Assembly: GCA_905233185.1 (NCBI GenBank)
Contig: CAJODB010000004.1
Span: 13,984 to 77,983 of the forward strand
DNA: 64,000 nucleotides
Direction: 5' to 3'
DNA from: an uncultured Alphaproteobacteria bacterium
GTDB lineage: Bacteria > Pseudomonadota > Alphaproteobacteria > UBA3830
The position numbers and the translations under genes are program-made. The notes below the pieces were generated by a model. The model did not search any database, had not been told where the DNA came from, and saw only the letters and a list, made by a program, of their open reading frames with translations. Below are positions 39,960-52,200 of the stretch, piece by piece (position 1 is the first letter of the stretch; the number at the start of each line of letters is the position of its first letter).

Positions 39960-40271
39960 ATGAATAACAATTTCAATCAATTGCTAAAGCAAGCTCAGCA
40001 GATGCAAGAGAAACTTATGGAAGCTCAGAATAAGATGAGCGGTCTGGAAATAACCGGGACTTCCGGTGGTGGAATGGTTTCCATTACCATAAATGGAAAA
40101 AATGAGATGAAAAAAGTTCAGATCGATCCGAAGTTATTATCGCCAGACGAGGCAGAAATCGTATGTGATCTGATTACCGCAGCTTACAACGATGCTAAGT
40201 CGAAACTGGAAGCAAAAATGTCGGAACAAATGGGAGGGATTCTTCCTCCGGGAATGAAATTGCCTTTTTAA
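39960..40271 (+). CDS. ybaB: nucleoid-associated protein YbaB/EbfC
   Basis: MNNNFNQLLKQAQQMQEKLMEAQ...GGGMVSITINGK; conserved dnaX-ybaB order. Confidence 0.93.
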   Translation: MNNNFNQLLKQAQQMQEKLMEAQNKMSGLEITGTSGGGMVSITINGKNEMKKVQIDPKLLSPDEAEIVCDLITAAYNDAKSKLEAKMSEQMGGILPPGMKLPF

Positions 40272-40496
40272 TAGTTTTTTGTGGGAGAGTTTTTAATTTT
40301 TCCTAATTTATAGTTCTTTAAATCACACGATAATATATTATTATCTCTGATTTTGAAAAGTCAAAAACATTATAAAAATACTTCTCACAGGAGCTTAGTT
40401 AAATCTATTTTTACTTACTGCCACTTATTTCGCACTTTTTAGCGCATAAGAATCTTCCAATTCCTTTTGATAAACAACTAAAAAAGCGCAAAAAAA

Positions 40497-40787
40497 CTAC
40501 TCTGCTGTAGCGCACTTTTCCGCAATAATTTTCTTGAGTTTTCTGAATTTTCCTGAAAGCATGCAGTCGCATGTATTGATCAGATAACTATCAATCCCAC
40601 CTTTCTTTTCTACCGAACGAATGGCGCTTGTTGAAAGCCTTAATCTGATTTGACGACCAAGTTTATCGCTCAAAAAAGATACATTTTGCAAATTCGGCAT
40701 GAATCTGCGCTTTGTTTTGTTATTTGAATGGCTCACATTGTTTCCATACTGAACCTTCTTTCCGGTCAACGGGCAAACTTTGGACAT
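40497..40787 (-). CDS. rpmB: 50S ribosomal protein L28
   Basis: MSKVCPLTGKKVQYGNNVSHSNNKTKRRFMPNLQ N-terminus. Confidence 0.96.
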   Translation of the reverse strand: MSKVCPLTGKKVQYGNNVSHSNNKTKRRFMPNLQNVSFLSDKLGRQIRLRLSTSAIRSVEKKGGIDSYLINTCDCMLSGKFRKLKKIIAEKCATAE

Positions 40788-41002
40788 GATTCAACACCTT
40801 TTTCATATAAATTCTTTAAACAACACGCTTATACAGCCAACCGATATTTATGTCAAGGTATATTAATGCGGAATTTTATTAAAGATTACAATGATCTTCG
40901 GGTTTTTATGGTTTTGTTTAAAATTCTTTAATGGATTTATGAATTTTTTAACATTATACTTCCTGAAAATGTATTTTTGTTTTGATTTAGTTAGGAGATG
41001 TT

Positions 41003-42409
41003 ATGAGACGTTATCGCTGTGGAAAGATCGTATCTACAATCGGGCCTGCAAGCTCTGATCCAGAGAAATTGGAAGGGCTTTTTCTTAAAGGAGTTGATGT
41101 TTTTAGGTTAAATTTCTCGCACGGTGTACATGAAGGACATGCAAAAGTATATGAGGCGATTAGAGCTATCGGAAAAAAGTACAATTGCCATCCGACTATA
41201 TTAGCTGATATGCAAGGGCCGAAGTTGAGAGTCGGAACTTTTGAAAATGACAGAATTATTCTTGAGTCGGGAGATACTTTTCGATTCGATTTAGATAAAA
41301 CTCCCGGAAATACGCGCCGCGTTAATCTTCCTCATCCTGAGATTTTAGAGGCTTTACATGTCGGAACAACATTGCTGTTGGATGATGGAAAGTTACGCTT
41401 TGAGGTTACTGCTTGTGGAAAAGATTATGCGGATGTGAAAGTGCTTGTTGGTGGTCCTCTTTCTAACAGAAAAGGTGTAAATGTTCCACAAGTGAAGCTT
41501 AATATTCCGATTTTAACCGAAAAAGATCAGAAAGATTTGCAATTCGCTCTTGATTTAGGTGTGGATTGGGTTGCTTGTTCTTTCGTGCAAACAGTAGAAG
41601 ATGTAGAAAACGCAAAAAAACTCATAAATGGTCGAGCTGGAGTGGTTTCTAAACTTGAGAAACCTCTTGCAATTAAAGCAATGGAGCCGATTATAGAGGC
41701 TTCTGATGCTGTGATGATTGCTCGTGGAGATTTGGGAGTTGAAATGGATCCTGAGGAGGTTCCGCCAATTCAACGTCGCGTTATTAATACGTGTCATAGA
41801 ATGGGACGTCCTGTTATTGTAGCGACGCAAATGCTTGAATCCATGATTTCATCACCAAGTCCGACTCGTGCAGAAATATCTGACGTTGCAACTGCTGTTT
41901 ATAGTGGTGCAGATGCGACAATGTTGTCAGCAGAATCCGCATCGGGCCAATATCCATTTGAAGCCGTTTCGATTATGAGTAGGACAGTTGCTCATGTGGA
42001 ATCTGATCCGTACTGTCAGCGCAGATTGGAAGATGATACGCAATTACCGCAAAGAACGACAATTGACGCAATTTCGGCAGCAGCGAAAGATGCGGCAGAA
42101 TATTCTTGTGCTACTGCAATTGTATTGTTTACAGATAATTTTGAATCTGTAGTAAGATGCACACGCTTACGTCCGAGAATTCCTGTTGTTTTGGTGACAT
42201 CGTCAGTAAGAGTCGCAAGCAAATCCGGGTTATGTTATGGTGTGTATGCTGTTCATGAAAATATTTTCGAGAATAAAGAGTTCGATACTTCTGTGATGAG
42301 TAAAGCAGCGAAAGATATCGTTAAAGAACACAAATTTGCGAAAGTTGGAGATAATATAGTTGTTTTGAATGATCTAAAAGGACATTCAGTAGAGATCTGC
42401 CAACTATAA
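41003..42409 (+). CDS. pyk: pyruvate kinase
   Basis: KIVSTIGPAS...FRLNFSHG...MQGPKLR...MIARGDLGVE motifs. Confidence 0.96.
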   Translation: MRRYRCGKIVSTIGPASSDPEKLEGLFLKGVDVFRLNFSHGVHEGHAKVYEAIRAIGKKYNCHPTILADMQGPKLRVGTFENDRIILESGDTFRFDLDKTPGNTRRVNLPHPEILEALHVGTTLLLDDGKLRFEVTACGKDYADVKVLVGGPLSNRKGVNVPQVKLNIPILTEKDQKDLQFALDLGVDWVACSFVQTVEDVENAKKLINGRAGVVSKLEKPLAIKAMEPIIEASDAVMIARGDLGVEMDPEEVPPIQRRVINTCHRMGRPVIVATQMLESMISSPSPTRAEISDVATAVYSGADATMLSAESASGQYPFEAVSIMSRTVAHVESDPYCQRRLEDDTQLPQRTTIDAISAAAKDAAEYSCATAIVLFTDNFESVVRCTRLRPRIPVVLVTSSVRVASKSGLCYGVYAVHENIFENKEFDTSVMSKAAKDIVKEHKFAKVGDNIVVLNDLKGHSVEICQL

Positions 42410-42434
42410 TTTTCTTTTTATAAATAATCAAACT

Positions 42435-42470
42435 AGGTCGCTGCTATTTTCGGCGACCTATTTATTATTT
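42435..42470 (+). terminator. rho-independent terminator after pyk
   Basis: AGGTCGC, 11-nt loop, GCGACCT, followed by a T-rich tail. Confidence 0.7.
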
Positions 42471-42483
42471 TGGAGATAATTTT

Positions 42484-43515
42484 ATGAAATGCGTTGTTGG
42501 TATGTCCGGAGGGGTAGACAGTTCTACTTCGGCTTTTCTTATGAAAGAGCATGGATATGACGTTATTGGCTGTACTCTGAAATTATTTAATAATGAAAAG
42601 GCTGATGCCTCAGTTCGAGACGCAAGAAGTGTTGCAAAATTTTTAAAAATTCCAATCGAAGTACTTGATTGTACTGAAGATTTTAAACGGTATGTTATAG
42701 ATTATTTTGTTGATTATTACAGGAATGGAAAAACTCCTAGTCCATGTGTGATGTGTAATGAATTTATCAAGTTTAAATACTTGGATGAATTTCGTAAAAA
42801 ATGTGAAGCAGATCTTTTAGTTACGGGACATTATGCAAAAATAAAAAGATATGAAAGCTTTGCTGAATTACATCAAGGAGCATCCTTAAAAAGAGATCAA
42901 AGTTATTTTTTATATGCAGTAGATCAAAGCATTTTAGTTCATGCGGACTTTCCTTTAGGAAATCATGAAAGTAAATCTGTGACACGTACTATAGCTAAGA
43001 AAGCAGGAATTCAAGTCGCTGAAAAACCTGATAGTCAGGATATTTGTTTCATTCTAAATAATGATTACATATCGTTCATAAAACAAGAATTAAAAGGGAT
43101 CTTTGAATTTAAAACCGGAAATATTGTTGATGTGAACGGTAAAATTTTGGGACAACATAACGGAATAATAAATTATACGATTGGCCAACGTAAAGGATTA
43201 GGACTTTCAGGAGGTCCTTTTTTTGTTTATAGAATAGATGCAGAGAGAAATGAAATCATTGTATCGAATAAAGAAAAGATTAAAGCGAAAAAGATACATT
43301 TAAATAATACGAAATTTATAAATTCGCCTTTCGAAGGAGAGTGTAAAGTAAAAATCAGATCTAACGGAGAAAAAATTCGCGCAAATATTTCCTATGACTC
43401 AGATCAGCAATGTTGGTGTGTTGATTTGCTTGAAACAGAATATGGAGCAGCTCAAGGACAACATTGTGTGTTTTATGATGGTGATAAAATTTTAGGAGGC
43501 GGAGAAATTAATTAA
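42484..43515 (+). CDS. mnmA: tRNA 2-thiouridine(34) synthase MnmA
   Basis: VVGMSGGVDSS PP-loop, TPSPCVMCN, GHYA motifs. Confidence 0.95.
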   Translation: MKCVVGMSGGVDSSTSAFLMKEHGYDVIGCTLKLFNNEKADASVRDARSVAKFLKIPIEVLDCTEDFKRYVIDYFVDYYRNGKTPSPCVMCNEFIKFKYLDEFRKKCEADLLVTGHYAKIKRYESFAELHQGASLKRDQSYFLYAVDQSILVHADFPLGNHESKSVTRTIAKKAGIQVAEKPDSQDICFILNNDYISFIKQELKGIFEFKTGNIVDVNGKILGQHNGIINYTIGQRKGLGLSGGPFFVYRIDAERNEIIVSNKEKIKAKKIHLNNTKFINSPFEGECKVKIRSNGEKIRANISYDSDQQCWCVDLLETEYGAAQGQHCVFYDGDKILGGGEIN

Positions 43516-43609
43516 ATAACTCTGCGAAAAATACAAGATGTTTTTTGTATAGATTTTATTTATACTTTCTTTATATAGTTTAGTTGTTGTTTTTGTTTTG
43601 GAGGAAGTC

Positions 43610-44143
43610 ATGAAGTTTTCTTTTTCTGGCCGTCATATGGAAATAGGGGAGTCATTAACGACTCGAGCAGAAGAGGCATGCGAAACTCTTGCCGAAAAAT
43701 ATGATACCGAATTCTTAGACGTCAATATTGTTATGAAAAAGGAGAACCATCTTTTTTATACAGATATAGCAGTAAAAAGTTGTGCCGGTAATACTTATCA
43801 AGCAAGTGATAACGATGATGATCCGGTTGGAAGTTTCTTAAGTGCGTTACAAAAAATAGATGTACAAATAAGAAAGAAGAAAAAAACGCATGATAGAACA
43901 TCAGGAAGAACAGGAGTTGAAATAAACAGCTACGATAATTCATTTGAGAATGAAACTCAGCCAATGATTATTGCTGAAATTTTGGATGATTTGCCTCTTA
44001 TGAGCGTTAGTGAAGCAACAAAGAAAATAACGGAAACTCGGCGTGTATTTATATTTGAAAATATAGCCAATAACGCTGTTAACGTCGTTTACAAGCGAGA
44101 AGACGGCAATTTCGGTTGGCTGGATTACAAGATTAAACGATAA
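43610..44143 (+). CDS. hpf: ribosome hibernation promoting factor, long form
   Basis: ATG 43610 behind GGAGGA; MKFSFSGRHMEIGESL S30AE-type N-domain plus a C-terminal domain (VFIFENIANNAVNVVYKREDGNFGWL). Confidence 0.88.
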   Translation: MKFSFSGRHMEIGESLTTRAEEACETLAEKYDTEFLDVNIVMKKENHLFYTDIAVKSCAGNTYQASDNDDDPVGSFLSALQKIDVQIRKKKKTHDRTSGRTGVEINSYDNSFENETQPMIIAEILDDLPLMSVSEATKKITETRRVFIFENIANNAVNVVYKREDGNFGWLDYKIKR

Positions 44144-44158
44144 CTCATAATAACCTAT

Positions 44159-44203
44159 AGTCTCGATGTCTTTTTAGTAGATATCGGGACTTTTGTTTTT
44201 TTC
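44159..44203. terminator. hairpin between convergent hpf and hemW
   Basis: AGTCTCGAT ... ATCGGGACT, a 9-bp stem with one G-U pair, followed by TTTTGTTTTTTT on the plus strand. Confidence 0.7.
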
Positions 44204-45367
44204 TTAGCTGCACAAAAATTCTACTATTGAATTGAGTTTTAAAATTCCTGTTTTAGTTAGTTTAATTTTTTTTAAATTTTGTACTTTTATAAGCCTTTGA
44301 GATTGCAAGAATTGTAGTTTTTTTTGCGAAATTATTTTCTCGACTGTATTTTTTGAAACTTCTTTATATAAATCACAGAGATCTAGTTCTTTAAGTAATC
44401 TCAATTTCATAATTAATATTTCTTGTAATATTTCTTCTTCATTTAATTTTGAAAATAGTGAATATGTTTCATTTTTTTCTTCAATAGCTTTTGCCCAATT
44501 AAAAGGGTTTCGGATTTTTTCCGTTGCATATTTGCAATTTCCTAACTTTATTCGTCCATGTGCTGCTGGTCCGACACCTAAGTAATCACAATAATTCCAA
44601 TATGCTAAATTATGTTTACACTTGAAATCTTTTTTGGCGTAATTAGAAATTTCATAGTGAAGAATTCCATATTGTTTTAAAAACTCATCAGTAAATTCAT
44701 AAAATTGAATTTCTTTTTCTTCAGAAATCGGTTTTATGACTCCTGACAGCAATTTTTTGTGAAACAAAGTATTTTCTTCAAAGGTTAGTTCATAACAGGA
44801 TATGTGTTTACAATCGAAATTTATTGCAGTTCGCAAATCTTTTTCAAAAGAATTTATATTTTGGCATTCATATCCATAAATAAAATCGAAACTAAAGTTA
44901 TAAAAATTTTTCGCAATAATTTCTGCTGAAGAATGGGCTTGATAAGAGTTATAAATCCTTCCTAAAAATTGTAGATTAATATCTGAGAAGCTCTGAATTC
45001 CAAGCGAGATTCTATTTATTCCGGCATTTCTGAGATCTATCATTTTTTGCGAATCAAATGTTGCCGGATTCGCCTCAAGAGATATTTCTGCGTTAGTATT
45101 CGTTTTCTTTTGCAGAAATTTTAATGTTTTTTCTATTGCTTTTGTCGGCATGAGTGATGGGGTACCTCCGCCGAAAAAAATAGTTTCTATTTGAAAATCA
45201 TAGTCTATCTTTTCTAAAGAATTTTCTAAATCTAAGAGAAGAAGCTCTGCGTATTTTTCGAAAAATTCGCCATCATTTTTTGTAGGGATACTCATAAAAT
45301 CGCAATAAGGACATTTCGATAAACAAAATGGCCAATGCAGATATATTGAAAGCTTCTTTATGCACAT
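44204..45367 (-). CDS. hemW: radical SAM family heme chaperone HemW / HemN-like protein
   Basis: LHWPFCLSKCPYCDF CxxxCxxC radical SAM motif, GGGTPS; 387 aa. Confidence 0.9.
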   Translation of the reverse strand: MCIKKLSIYLHWPFCLSKCPYCDFMSIPTKNDGEFFEKYAELLLLDLENSLEKIDYDFQIETIFFGGGTPSLMPTKAIEKTLKFLQKKTNTNAEISLEANPATFDSQKMIDLRNAGINRISLGIQSFSDINLQFLGRIYNSYQAHSSAEIIAKNFYNFSFDFIYGYECQNINSFEKDLRTAINFDCKHISCYELTFEENTLFHKKLLSGVIKPISEEKEIQFYEFTDEFLKQYGILHYEISNYAKKDFKCKHNLAYWNYCDYLGVGPAAHGRIKLGNCKYATEKIRNPFNWAKAIEEKNETYSLFSKLNEEEILQEILIMKLRLLKELDLCDLYKEVSKNTVEKIISQKKLQFLQSQRLIKVQNLKKIKLTKTGILKLNSIVEFLCS

Positions 45368-45399
45368 TCAAATAAAGTTACTAAATGGAATTTATCAAT

Positions 45400-46104
45400 T
45401 TACCCTAACAATATATCTTTTTGAATTTTGAAAATCTGATTAATCCCTTGACGCGAAAATTCTAACATTTCCATCAATTGTGAATTTTCAAAAACATTTT
45501 TCTCACCCGTAGCCTGAATTTCAACAAGCCCTCCGGTATCTATCATAACAAAGTTCGCATCTACTTCGGCGCGAGAATCTTCTGAAAAATCTAAATCTAA
45601 TAAAACTTTACCATCGACAATCCCACATGATACTGCTGCTACTAAATTTCGAAAAGGATTAACTTTGAAACGCATTTTTTTAATCGCCAGTCCGATTGCG
45701 ACACATGCTCCGCAGATTGATGCCGTTCTAGTTCCTCCATCAGCTTGAATCACATCACAATCTATTTTTATTTGACGTTCTCCGAAATTATTCAGAGAAA
45801 AGGCCGCCCGCAAAGAACGTCCTATTAGTCTCTGAATTTCATGTGTTCGTCCTGTCTGTTTTCCTTTGACTGCTTCTCTCTCAGTGCGAACATTAGTAGA
45901 TCGAGGAAGTAGCGAATATTCAGCAGAAATCCAGCCTGTACCTGTGCCCTTCAAAAAAGGCGGCACTTTATTCTCAATTGTAGCGGCACAAATTACCTTT
46001 GTATTTCCAAATGATATAAGACAGCTACCTTCTGCATGATCTAAAAAATCCGGGACAATTTCGATCTTTCTTAGCTCATTATTCGCTCGGCCGGAAATAC
46101 GCAT
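45400..46104 (-). CDS. rph: ribonuclease PH
   Basis: MRISGRANNELR at ATG 46104 behind GGAGG; TGWISAEYSLLPRST, DCDVIQADGGTRTASI motifs. Confidence 0.96.
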   Translation of the reverse strand: MRISGRANNELRKIEIVPDFLDHAEGSCLISFGNTKVICAATIENKVPPFLKGTGTGWISAEYSLLPRSTNVRTEREAVKGKQTGRTHEIQRLIGRSLRAAFSLNNFGERQIKIDCDVIQADGGTRTASICGACVAIGLAIKKMRFKVNPFRNLVAAVSCGIVDGKVLLDLDFSEDSRAEVDANFVMIDTGGLVEIQATGEKNVFENSQLMEMLEFSRQGINQIFKIQKDILLG

Positions 46105-46148
46105 AAAAACCTCCATGCTATAACATGCTTACAATGCTATTGCAAAAA

Positions 46149-46442
46149 TTAACTTTTTAAAATAGATAAACTTGATAAAATTTCTTCTATATTATCTGAG
46201 TCGATAGATATTTTTTTATTGCGATTTTTTTCACCTGATATTATTTGTATTTTTGATTTTGGAACACCAATTTTTTTGCTTATCAAATCTATAACTGCAT
46301 TATTTGCCTTATTATTTTCGGGGACTGCTGTAACAGATACTAATAATTCATCATTTTTAACTCCTCGAATATAATTTTTAGAAGCTTTTGTTGTCACTCT
46401 TACATTAATAAAAAATATCCCATCTTTGCGTGAGTAAAACAT
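46149..46442 (-). CDS. yggU: DUF167 (YggU) family protein
   Basis: 97 aa; INVRVTTKASKN...AVPENNKANNAVIDLISKKIGVPKS pattern typical of YggU. Confidence 0.8.
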   Translation of the reverse strand: MFYSRKDGIFFINVRVTTKASKNYIRGVKNDELLVSVTAVPENNKANNAVIDLISKKIGVPKSKIQIISGEKNRNKKISIDSDNIEEILSSLSILKS

Positions 46443-46507
46443 AAAAAATATCCATCGGTACTATCAAGGAATAATTGCGCTGATTGATACAAAAATCAAC
46501 ACAACTA

Positions 46508-46538
46508 TAGGTCGAGCAAATTTCTTTAACTCGACCTA
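46508..46538 (-). terminator. perfect 9-bp hairpin downstream of the BON-domain gene
   Basis: TAGGTCGAG, 13-nt loop, CTCGACCTA. On the minus strand only a distant T5 follows. Confidence 0.45.
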
Positions 46539-46564
46539 CATCAAAAAGTAGAACTATTTAGCTA

Positions 46565-47125
46565 TTAATGAACCTTAATATGTGAAACAATTTTGTTCAC
46601 ATTGGATAAAGACTTCGTATAGTCAATAATCCGTTTCTTTTCAGCTTCTGATTTCGCTGTTCCTACTATGTAAACAACTTGATTGACTGTAGTTACAGCA
46701 TAATCGCCAACCGCCATACCATTGAACGGACGCATCAAATACGCTTTTACCTTTCCAGTGGTAATCGTGTCTCTGACAAGGGTATCTGGCTTGCTGCTAA
46801 TCTCTACTTTATCGATTAGCTCAATATATCCGCCGACTCGCTTTACTGCGTTGATTACGGCGTTATGCTGGGCTTCATTTTGAACATAGCCTATCACAAT
46901 AACCATACCATCCTGAACGGCAAGTTCTACTCTATTTTGTAAATCACCTTCAAGAGAAGCCAATTCATCATTTATTTTTGATTTTAATTCAGAATCAGAG
47001 TAGATATTTGTATCGACGGTTCTGTTATTCCATGCGTTATGATTCTGACAATCTGCTATAACTTGGAATCCGTAGATGCTAAAAATCGCCAAACTGATTT
47101 TTGCTATTGACTTGTATATTTTCAT
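46565..47125 (-). CDS. secreted BON-domain protein (OsmY-like, two BON domains)
   Basis: Signal-like MKIYKSIAKISLAIFSIYGFQVIADC; two repeats of the V..G.V.L.G.V......A...A..V.GV..V pattern. Confidence 0.8.
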   Translation of the reverse strand: MKIYKSIAKISLAIFSIYGFQVIADCQNHNAWNNRTVDTNIYSDSELKSKINDELASLEGDLQNRVELAVQDGMVIVIGYVQNEAQHNAVINAVKRVGGYIELIDKVEISSKPDTLVRDTITTGKVKAYLMRPFNGMAVGDYAVTTVNQVVYIVGTAKSEAEKKRIIDYTKSLSNVNKIVSHIKVH

Positions 47126-47344
47126 ATTATTATCCTCCTTCCATATTACCTTACATTGTCTATTATAGCATTAAAACACAAGTAATGGTAGTATATAATT
47201 AAAATTATTTATAACTATCTAAAATTGCAGTTAATATAATTGAATATTTTTTCGAAAATTATGGATTTTTGTGCAAAAAAAAGGAATATGTAATCTGAAT
47301 CAAATTTATATTAGAATCAATCAAACTTTAGAGGGAGTTATAAA

Positions 47345-48421
47345 GTGTCTTTAGAAACGACATTAGATAAAATTTTTGAACGATACGACTTTTTAAAAGA
47401 CGAAATGCTAAAGACTGTAAATAATGCGGAAACTTTTGCAAGAATTTCTAAAGAATTTTCTGATCTTGAGGATATCGTTAGCTTAGGGAAAAAATATAAG
47501 AAATCTATTCAAGAAATTGCGGACTTAGAAAATATAATTAATGATTCTAATTCAGAAAATGATTTAAAAGAGCTGGCGATATCTGAAATCAAAGAATTAA
47601 AAGAATCAATTCCTGAAATGGAAAAAGAGATAAAAATATTATTGCTTCCGAAAGATGCAAATGATGAGAAAAACGCAATTATAGAAGTACGTGCCGGAAC
47701 AGGAGGGGATGAAGCGGGACTTTTTGCTGCTGATCTTTTTCGTATGTACCAAAAATATGCAGACCATCGTGGATGGAAATTTGAGCTTTTATATACGCAT
47801 GAATCGGGAATAGGAAGTATAAAGGAAGCGGCGGCAAGTATTTCTGGAAAAGGTGTTTTTTCTTATCTAAAGTTTGAATCTGGAGTACATCGAGTGCAGC
47901 GTGTTCCCGTAACGGAATCAAGTGGGCGTGTGCATACTTCAACGGCAACGGTTGCTGTTCTTCCTGAAGCGGAAGAAGTTGATTTGAAAATAGACGAAAC
48001 GGACTTGAAAATAGATGTTATGCGAGCGTCAGGAGCTGGTGGACAACACGTTAATAAAACAGAAAGTGCAGTAAGAATTACGCATATTCCTACAGGAATA
48101 GTGGTTGTTCAACAAGATGAGCGTTCTCAGCATATGAATCGTTTAAAAGCTATGAAGATTCTGCGGGCACGTTTATACGATCTAGAGTGTCAGAAACTTC
48201 AATCAGAACGTTCAGAAAATAGGCGTTTGCAAGTCGGAACAGGAGAAAGATCTGAGCGAATCCGTACATATAATTATCCGCAAGGGCGAGTCTCCGATCA
48301 TCGTATAAATCTTACGTTATATAAATTGCCGCAAATTATGGAAGGCGAAGGTTTAGATGAAGTAATAAGAGCGCTTGTCGCGGCAGACCAAGAAGATCAA
48401 ATAGCCAGTTTTCAAGAGTGA
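47345..48421 (+). CDS. prfA: peptide chain release factor 1
   Basis: GTG start behind GGGAG; PVT tripeptide (RVPVTES), [22 protein letters not shown] motif. Confidence 0.97.
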   Translation: MSLETTLDKIFERYDFLKDEMLKTVNNAETFARISKEFSDLEDIVSLGKKYKKSIQEIADLENIINDSNSENDLKELAISEIKELKESIPEMEKEIKILLLPKDANDEKNAIIEVRAGTGGDEAGLFAADLFRMYQKYADHRGWKFELLYTHESGIGSIKEAAASISGKGVFSYLKFESGVHRVQRVPVTESSGRVHTSTATVAVLPEAEEVDLKIDETDLKIDVMRASGAGGQHVNKTESAVRITHIPTGIVVVQQDERSQHMNRLKAMKILRARLYDLECQKLQSERSENRRLQVGTGERSERIRTYNYPQGRVSDHRINLTLYKLPQIMEGEGLDEVIRALVAADQEDQIASFQE

Positions 48422-49284
48422 TTGTTGTGAAAACTGCTTTTGATTTACTAAAAAATATTACGTCGTATAATCGAGATATTCAAAGAATAATTGCTTATAT
48501 AAAAAATACTCCATATGAAAATGTTATATTTTCTCCTGAAAAAATCGAATTAAGTGATGATGAGGTACATAGTTTCTATGAATTTTTATCAAGATATAAA
48601 AAGCATGAACCAATCTCAAAAATTATAGGACAAAAGAAATTCTGGACACATACTTTTTTTGTAGATAGTAATGTATTGGATCCACGTCCAGAAACGGAGT
48701 TGATAATAGAAGAAGTTATTGCGCAATTTAATAATATTAATGAGTCGTTCAATTTTCTCGATATCGGAACAGGAAGTGGTTGTATTTTATTGAGCATTTT
48801 ATCAGAGTTAAAAAAATCTAATGGAATTGGTATTGATATAAGCAAAAGCGCAATAGATGTCGCTGAAAAAAATAAAGATAAACTAAAAATCGAGAATGCA
48901 ACTTTTCTTAATATTAGTTGGAATGAAATTTTTTCATTTCTAGAAAGAAAAGGAATAAATATTGATGTTATTGTTAGTAATCCTCCATATATTCGTACTG
49001 CGGATATCGATTTTTTAGATGAAAACGTAAAAAATTTTGATCCACATATCGCTTTAGATGGAGGAGAAGATGGATTAAGTGCCTATAAAGAAATATGTTA
49101 TGTTGCAAAGAATATTTTGCGAAAAAATCAGAAAAGAACAGAAGAAAAATATATCTTTTTGGAAGTTGGATATGATCAAGCGGAATATGTGAAAAAAATT
49201 TTAGAAGAAAATGAATTTTTCAACATAGCTTTTTCGAAAGATTTATCAGGAATAAACAGAGTAGTTATTGCACGAATAATATAA
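48418..49284 (+). CDS. prmC: release factor glutamine N5-methyltransferase
   Basis: 4-nt overlap with prfA; DIGTGSGCI and VSNPPYI motifs. Confidence 0.93.
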   Translation: MIVVKTAFDLLKNITSYNRDIQRIIAYIKNTPYENVIFSPEKIELSDDEVHSFYEFLSRYKKHEPISKIIGQKKFWTHTFFVDSNVLDPRPETELIIEEVIAQFNNINESFNFLDIGTGSGCILLSILSELKKSNGIGIDISKSAIDVAEKNKDKLKIENATFLNISWNEIFSFLERKGINIDVIVSNPPYIRTADIDFLDENVKNFDPHIALDGGEDGLSAYKEICYVAKNILRKNQKRTEEKYIFLEVGYDQAEYVKKILEENEFFNIAFSKDLSGINRVVIARII

Positions 49285-49296
49285 TAACGTAGTAAG

Positions 49297-52200
49297 TTAG
49301 TACTTATATTTCCAACTTATACCAGCTTCTCCATTAGTGTTTGCTTTTACTGATATTTTTGGGGTTAGTGAATAATCTATATCAAAAGAAGTTGTTTCAT
49401 CTGATTTTTTATTCACGCTGATAAAAAGATTATCTCCTATGTATTTTCCCGCACTGATATTCATATTGCTTTGTGTCTCGGATGTTTGAGTATTAGTATT
49501 TAATGAACTTGTTCGAGAACTTGTATCGGAAAAAGATATAGTATCGACTACACCGCTACTTTTGAATGTATTTAATATTGAAAAAATATAACCTCCACTT
49601 TGATTGAAACTACTCATGGCCTGCGCAAATTGTGCAGCTTCAGAAACACTAAGGTATTTTAAGTCTTTTCCAAATAACATATGAGATAAAATTGTTTCTT
49701 GTGAATGACTTGGCACAGAATATAAATCAAATGTAACTCCTGTTTCTGGAATATTCTTTATCTTTAAATAAACAACCATATCTCCAAAATTGTTTTTACA
49801 AAGCAATATTAAATCTGGATCAAAAGGGTATTGTTCAAAAAATTCTGCTTTTCCTTTTCTCATAACCATTCGTTTTCCGAATAAATTTATTGTTCCTTTC
49901 TGCAATAAAAGAGAACCGATCAAAGTAGTTCTATGGTTATAACTTGCCAATCGCAAATCTCCGCCAAAAATTATTTCATAAATATCTCCGACAACAAGAA
50001 CTTTTGGACAATGCATAGCGATATCATACCTGCAAAAGTCTTTTTCGACTTTTTTATCTTTTGACTGTTTTTTGGATACATTAATTTCGTTATCTATAAT
50101 TATTCCATCATTTTTATTGCTGTCTCCTGTTCCCATATTTCTAACAACGCATTTTGTTACATCAACAGCTCCGCTTATCAGAAGATCATTTATAGGCCCT
50201 GAAATTCTTCCATTACCTTTTATCCTTATATTTAAGTCTTCAGAATCAAAAAGAGTGAAATTATCGCAGTTTAAGGCTAAATTGGTTTTTATATTTGGTA
50301 TAAATCCATCAAAAAAGAATTTTCCATTTCCTGTGGCTATCAGTTTTCTCTTTTGATTATCTATGAATTCCGCGTGAGATACGTTTATATTATTTCCGTA
50401 ACAATTAAATAGAATATCTCCTTGTCTTAAGATCACGTCACCTATTACAAAGTAACCGTTTTTCAAGCTTGCTGTACCATTTATCTGAGGATTTTCTAAG
50501 TTTCCCGAAATTCTTAAGTCGCAAGAAAATAAACCGCGAGCGTCAGTTTTATCAGGCAATTCAAAGACATGTTCCAAACGAGTTGTACCAAATATATGAC
50601 AATTCAGTGGCATTGAATGTGTATTATTTGTTATATCTCCATTTTTTTCTAAGAAAATAGGAACAAATGCATTACATCTAAGAGTATTTTTTGCGCTTTT
50701 TATTGTTCCGATCAGTTGTAAGCTGCTATCTATAAGTTTTCCATTTAACTCAACTGTACTTCTTCCCGATAAAAGTTCTGAAATTGTAATCTGTCCTCCT
50801 CCCGATACTTGTTTTTTGGAATGATTAAATTTTACAGAGCCATCTAGACTACATCTTGGTATCCAAATGCCGAATATTTTTCCTAATATATTCGGACGAA
50901 AAGAAGATAATTTCAATTGAGTTACTTCCTCGTTCTTTTTTAATTCTAATAGGCCAGATTTGTTTGTTTTTTTATTAAGAAGATTGAATATTACGTTATA
51001 ATAGTTACGTTCAAAATCAAGGTTGCAAGTTTTTGAAACACAGCTCATTTCATCAGAAATTAATGATAATCGTGTTAAAGATATTTTTTTAAATGAATCG
51101 GAAATTTTTCCATCAGCAATTATCGAGGAATTATTATTTGATTTCCCTGATAATTTCAAATTACCATCTGTAATTTTAAAAGAAAGATTCTGCCACTTCG
51201 ATATGAAATATTGCGCATTTTTAGATGTAAACGAAACATTTTTACCATCAACAATTGCATGGTAGCTAGTTAATTCAGTATCTCGAAAGATTAGTTTATT
51301 TCCATTTGCTTTGACTTTTATGATCCCATTTTTATATGAGATATCTCCGTTAATATCGCCGAATATCGGTATAATTTTATTCCAAAAATCCAGCTGATCA
51401 AAATTGAATGAAAAATCTATATCGGTATTTGTTGCATTAAAATCGAATGGTTTTACTAATTTTATTGAGCCGTTTTTTGGAGCATCAAAAATAAAATTCT
51501 CGATCAAAAAGGTTTTTCCGATTTTTGCTGTCGATGTAATAACAAAATTGTTCCCATGAATGGTTGTAACTGCTTTTTTGAAATCCTGAATTTCGCAATC
51601 TAATTTTTTTAATTGATAGCCATAAATATTTATCCAATCAAGATTCCCATTTATGTTTACTTGGTCATTCTTAAAAATCCCATAAATTTTTCCAATATCG
51701 ATACCATTTTTTTCAAAACCTAAAATGAATTCACTTTTGAGGTTCTTATCGAAAAAATATTTTGCTGTTAAATTTGCGATAGTATCTGAAAAATTCTTTT
51801 TAATTTCATTTGGTAACTCTGCTATCAGATTATTCGAATCGGTATGTATGTTTAAAAGAATATGATCATTCAGGAAATGTATATCACCATTTATAAGATA
51901 TATTTTTTTATTATGTTCTATATTAAAAGCTTCTATGTTAACTATTTTGTTATGCTGAATATTTCCAAAAGAATTGATTCCTACTAAATTAGCTTTAGTG
52001 AGATTTAATTTATAATTCGAAAAAGAACTCTCTGGATTTTCTATTTCTAAAATGCCATTAAAATCTGAAAATTTTTCAAAATATAATGATACTTTTTTAC
52101 AGTTGAGTGTTGACCATTGTATACGACAATTAAAAACGCTCTCTTTATTTATAAGAAATGAAAAAGTATCTTCTGATTGTTTTGAACGGTATTTTACATC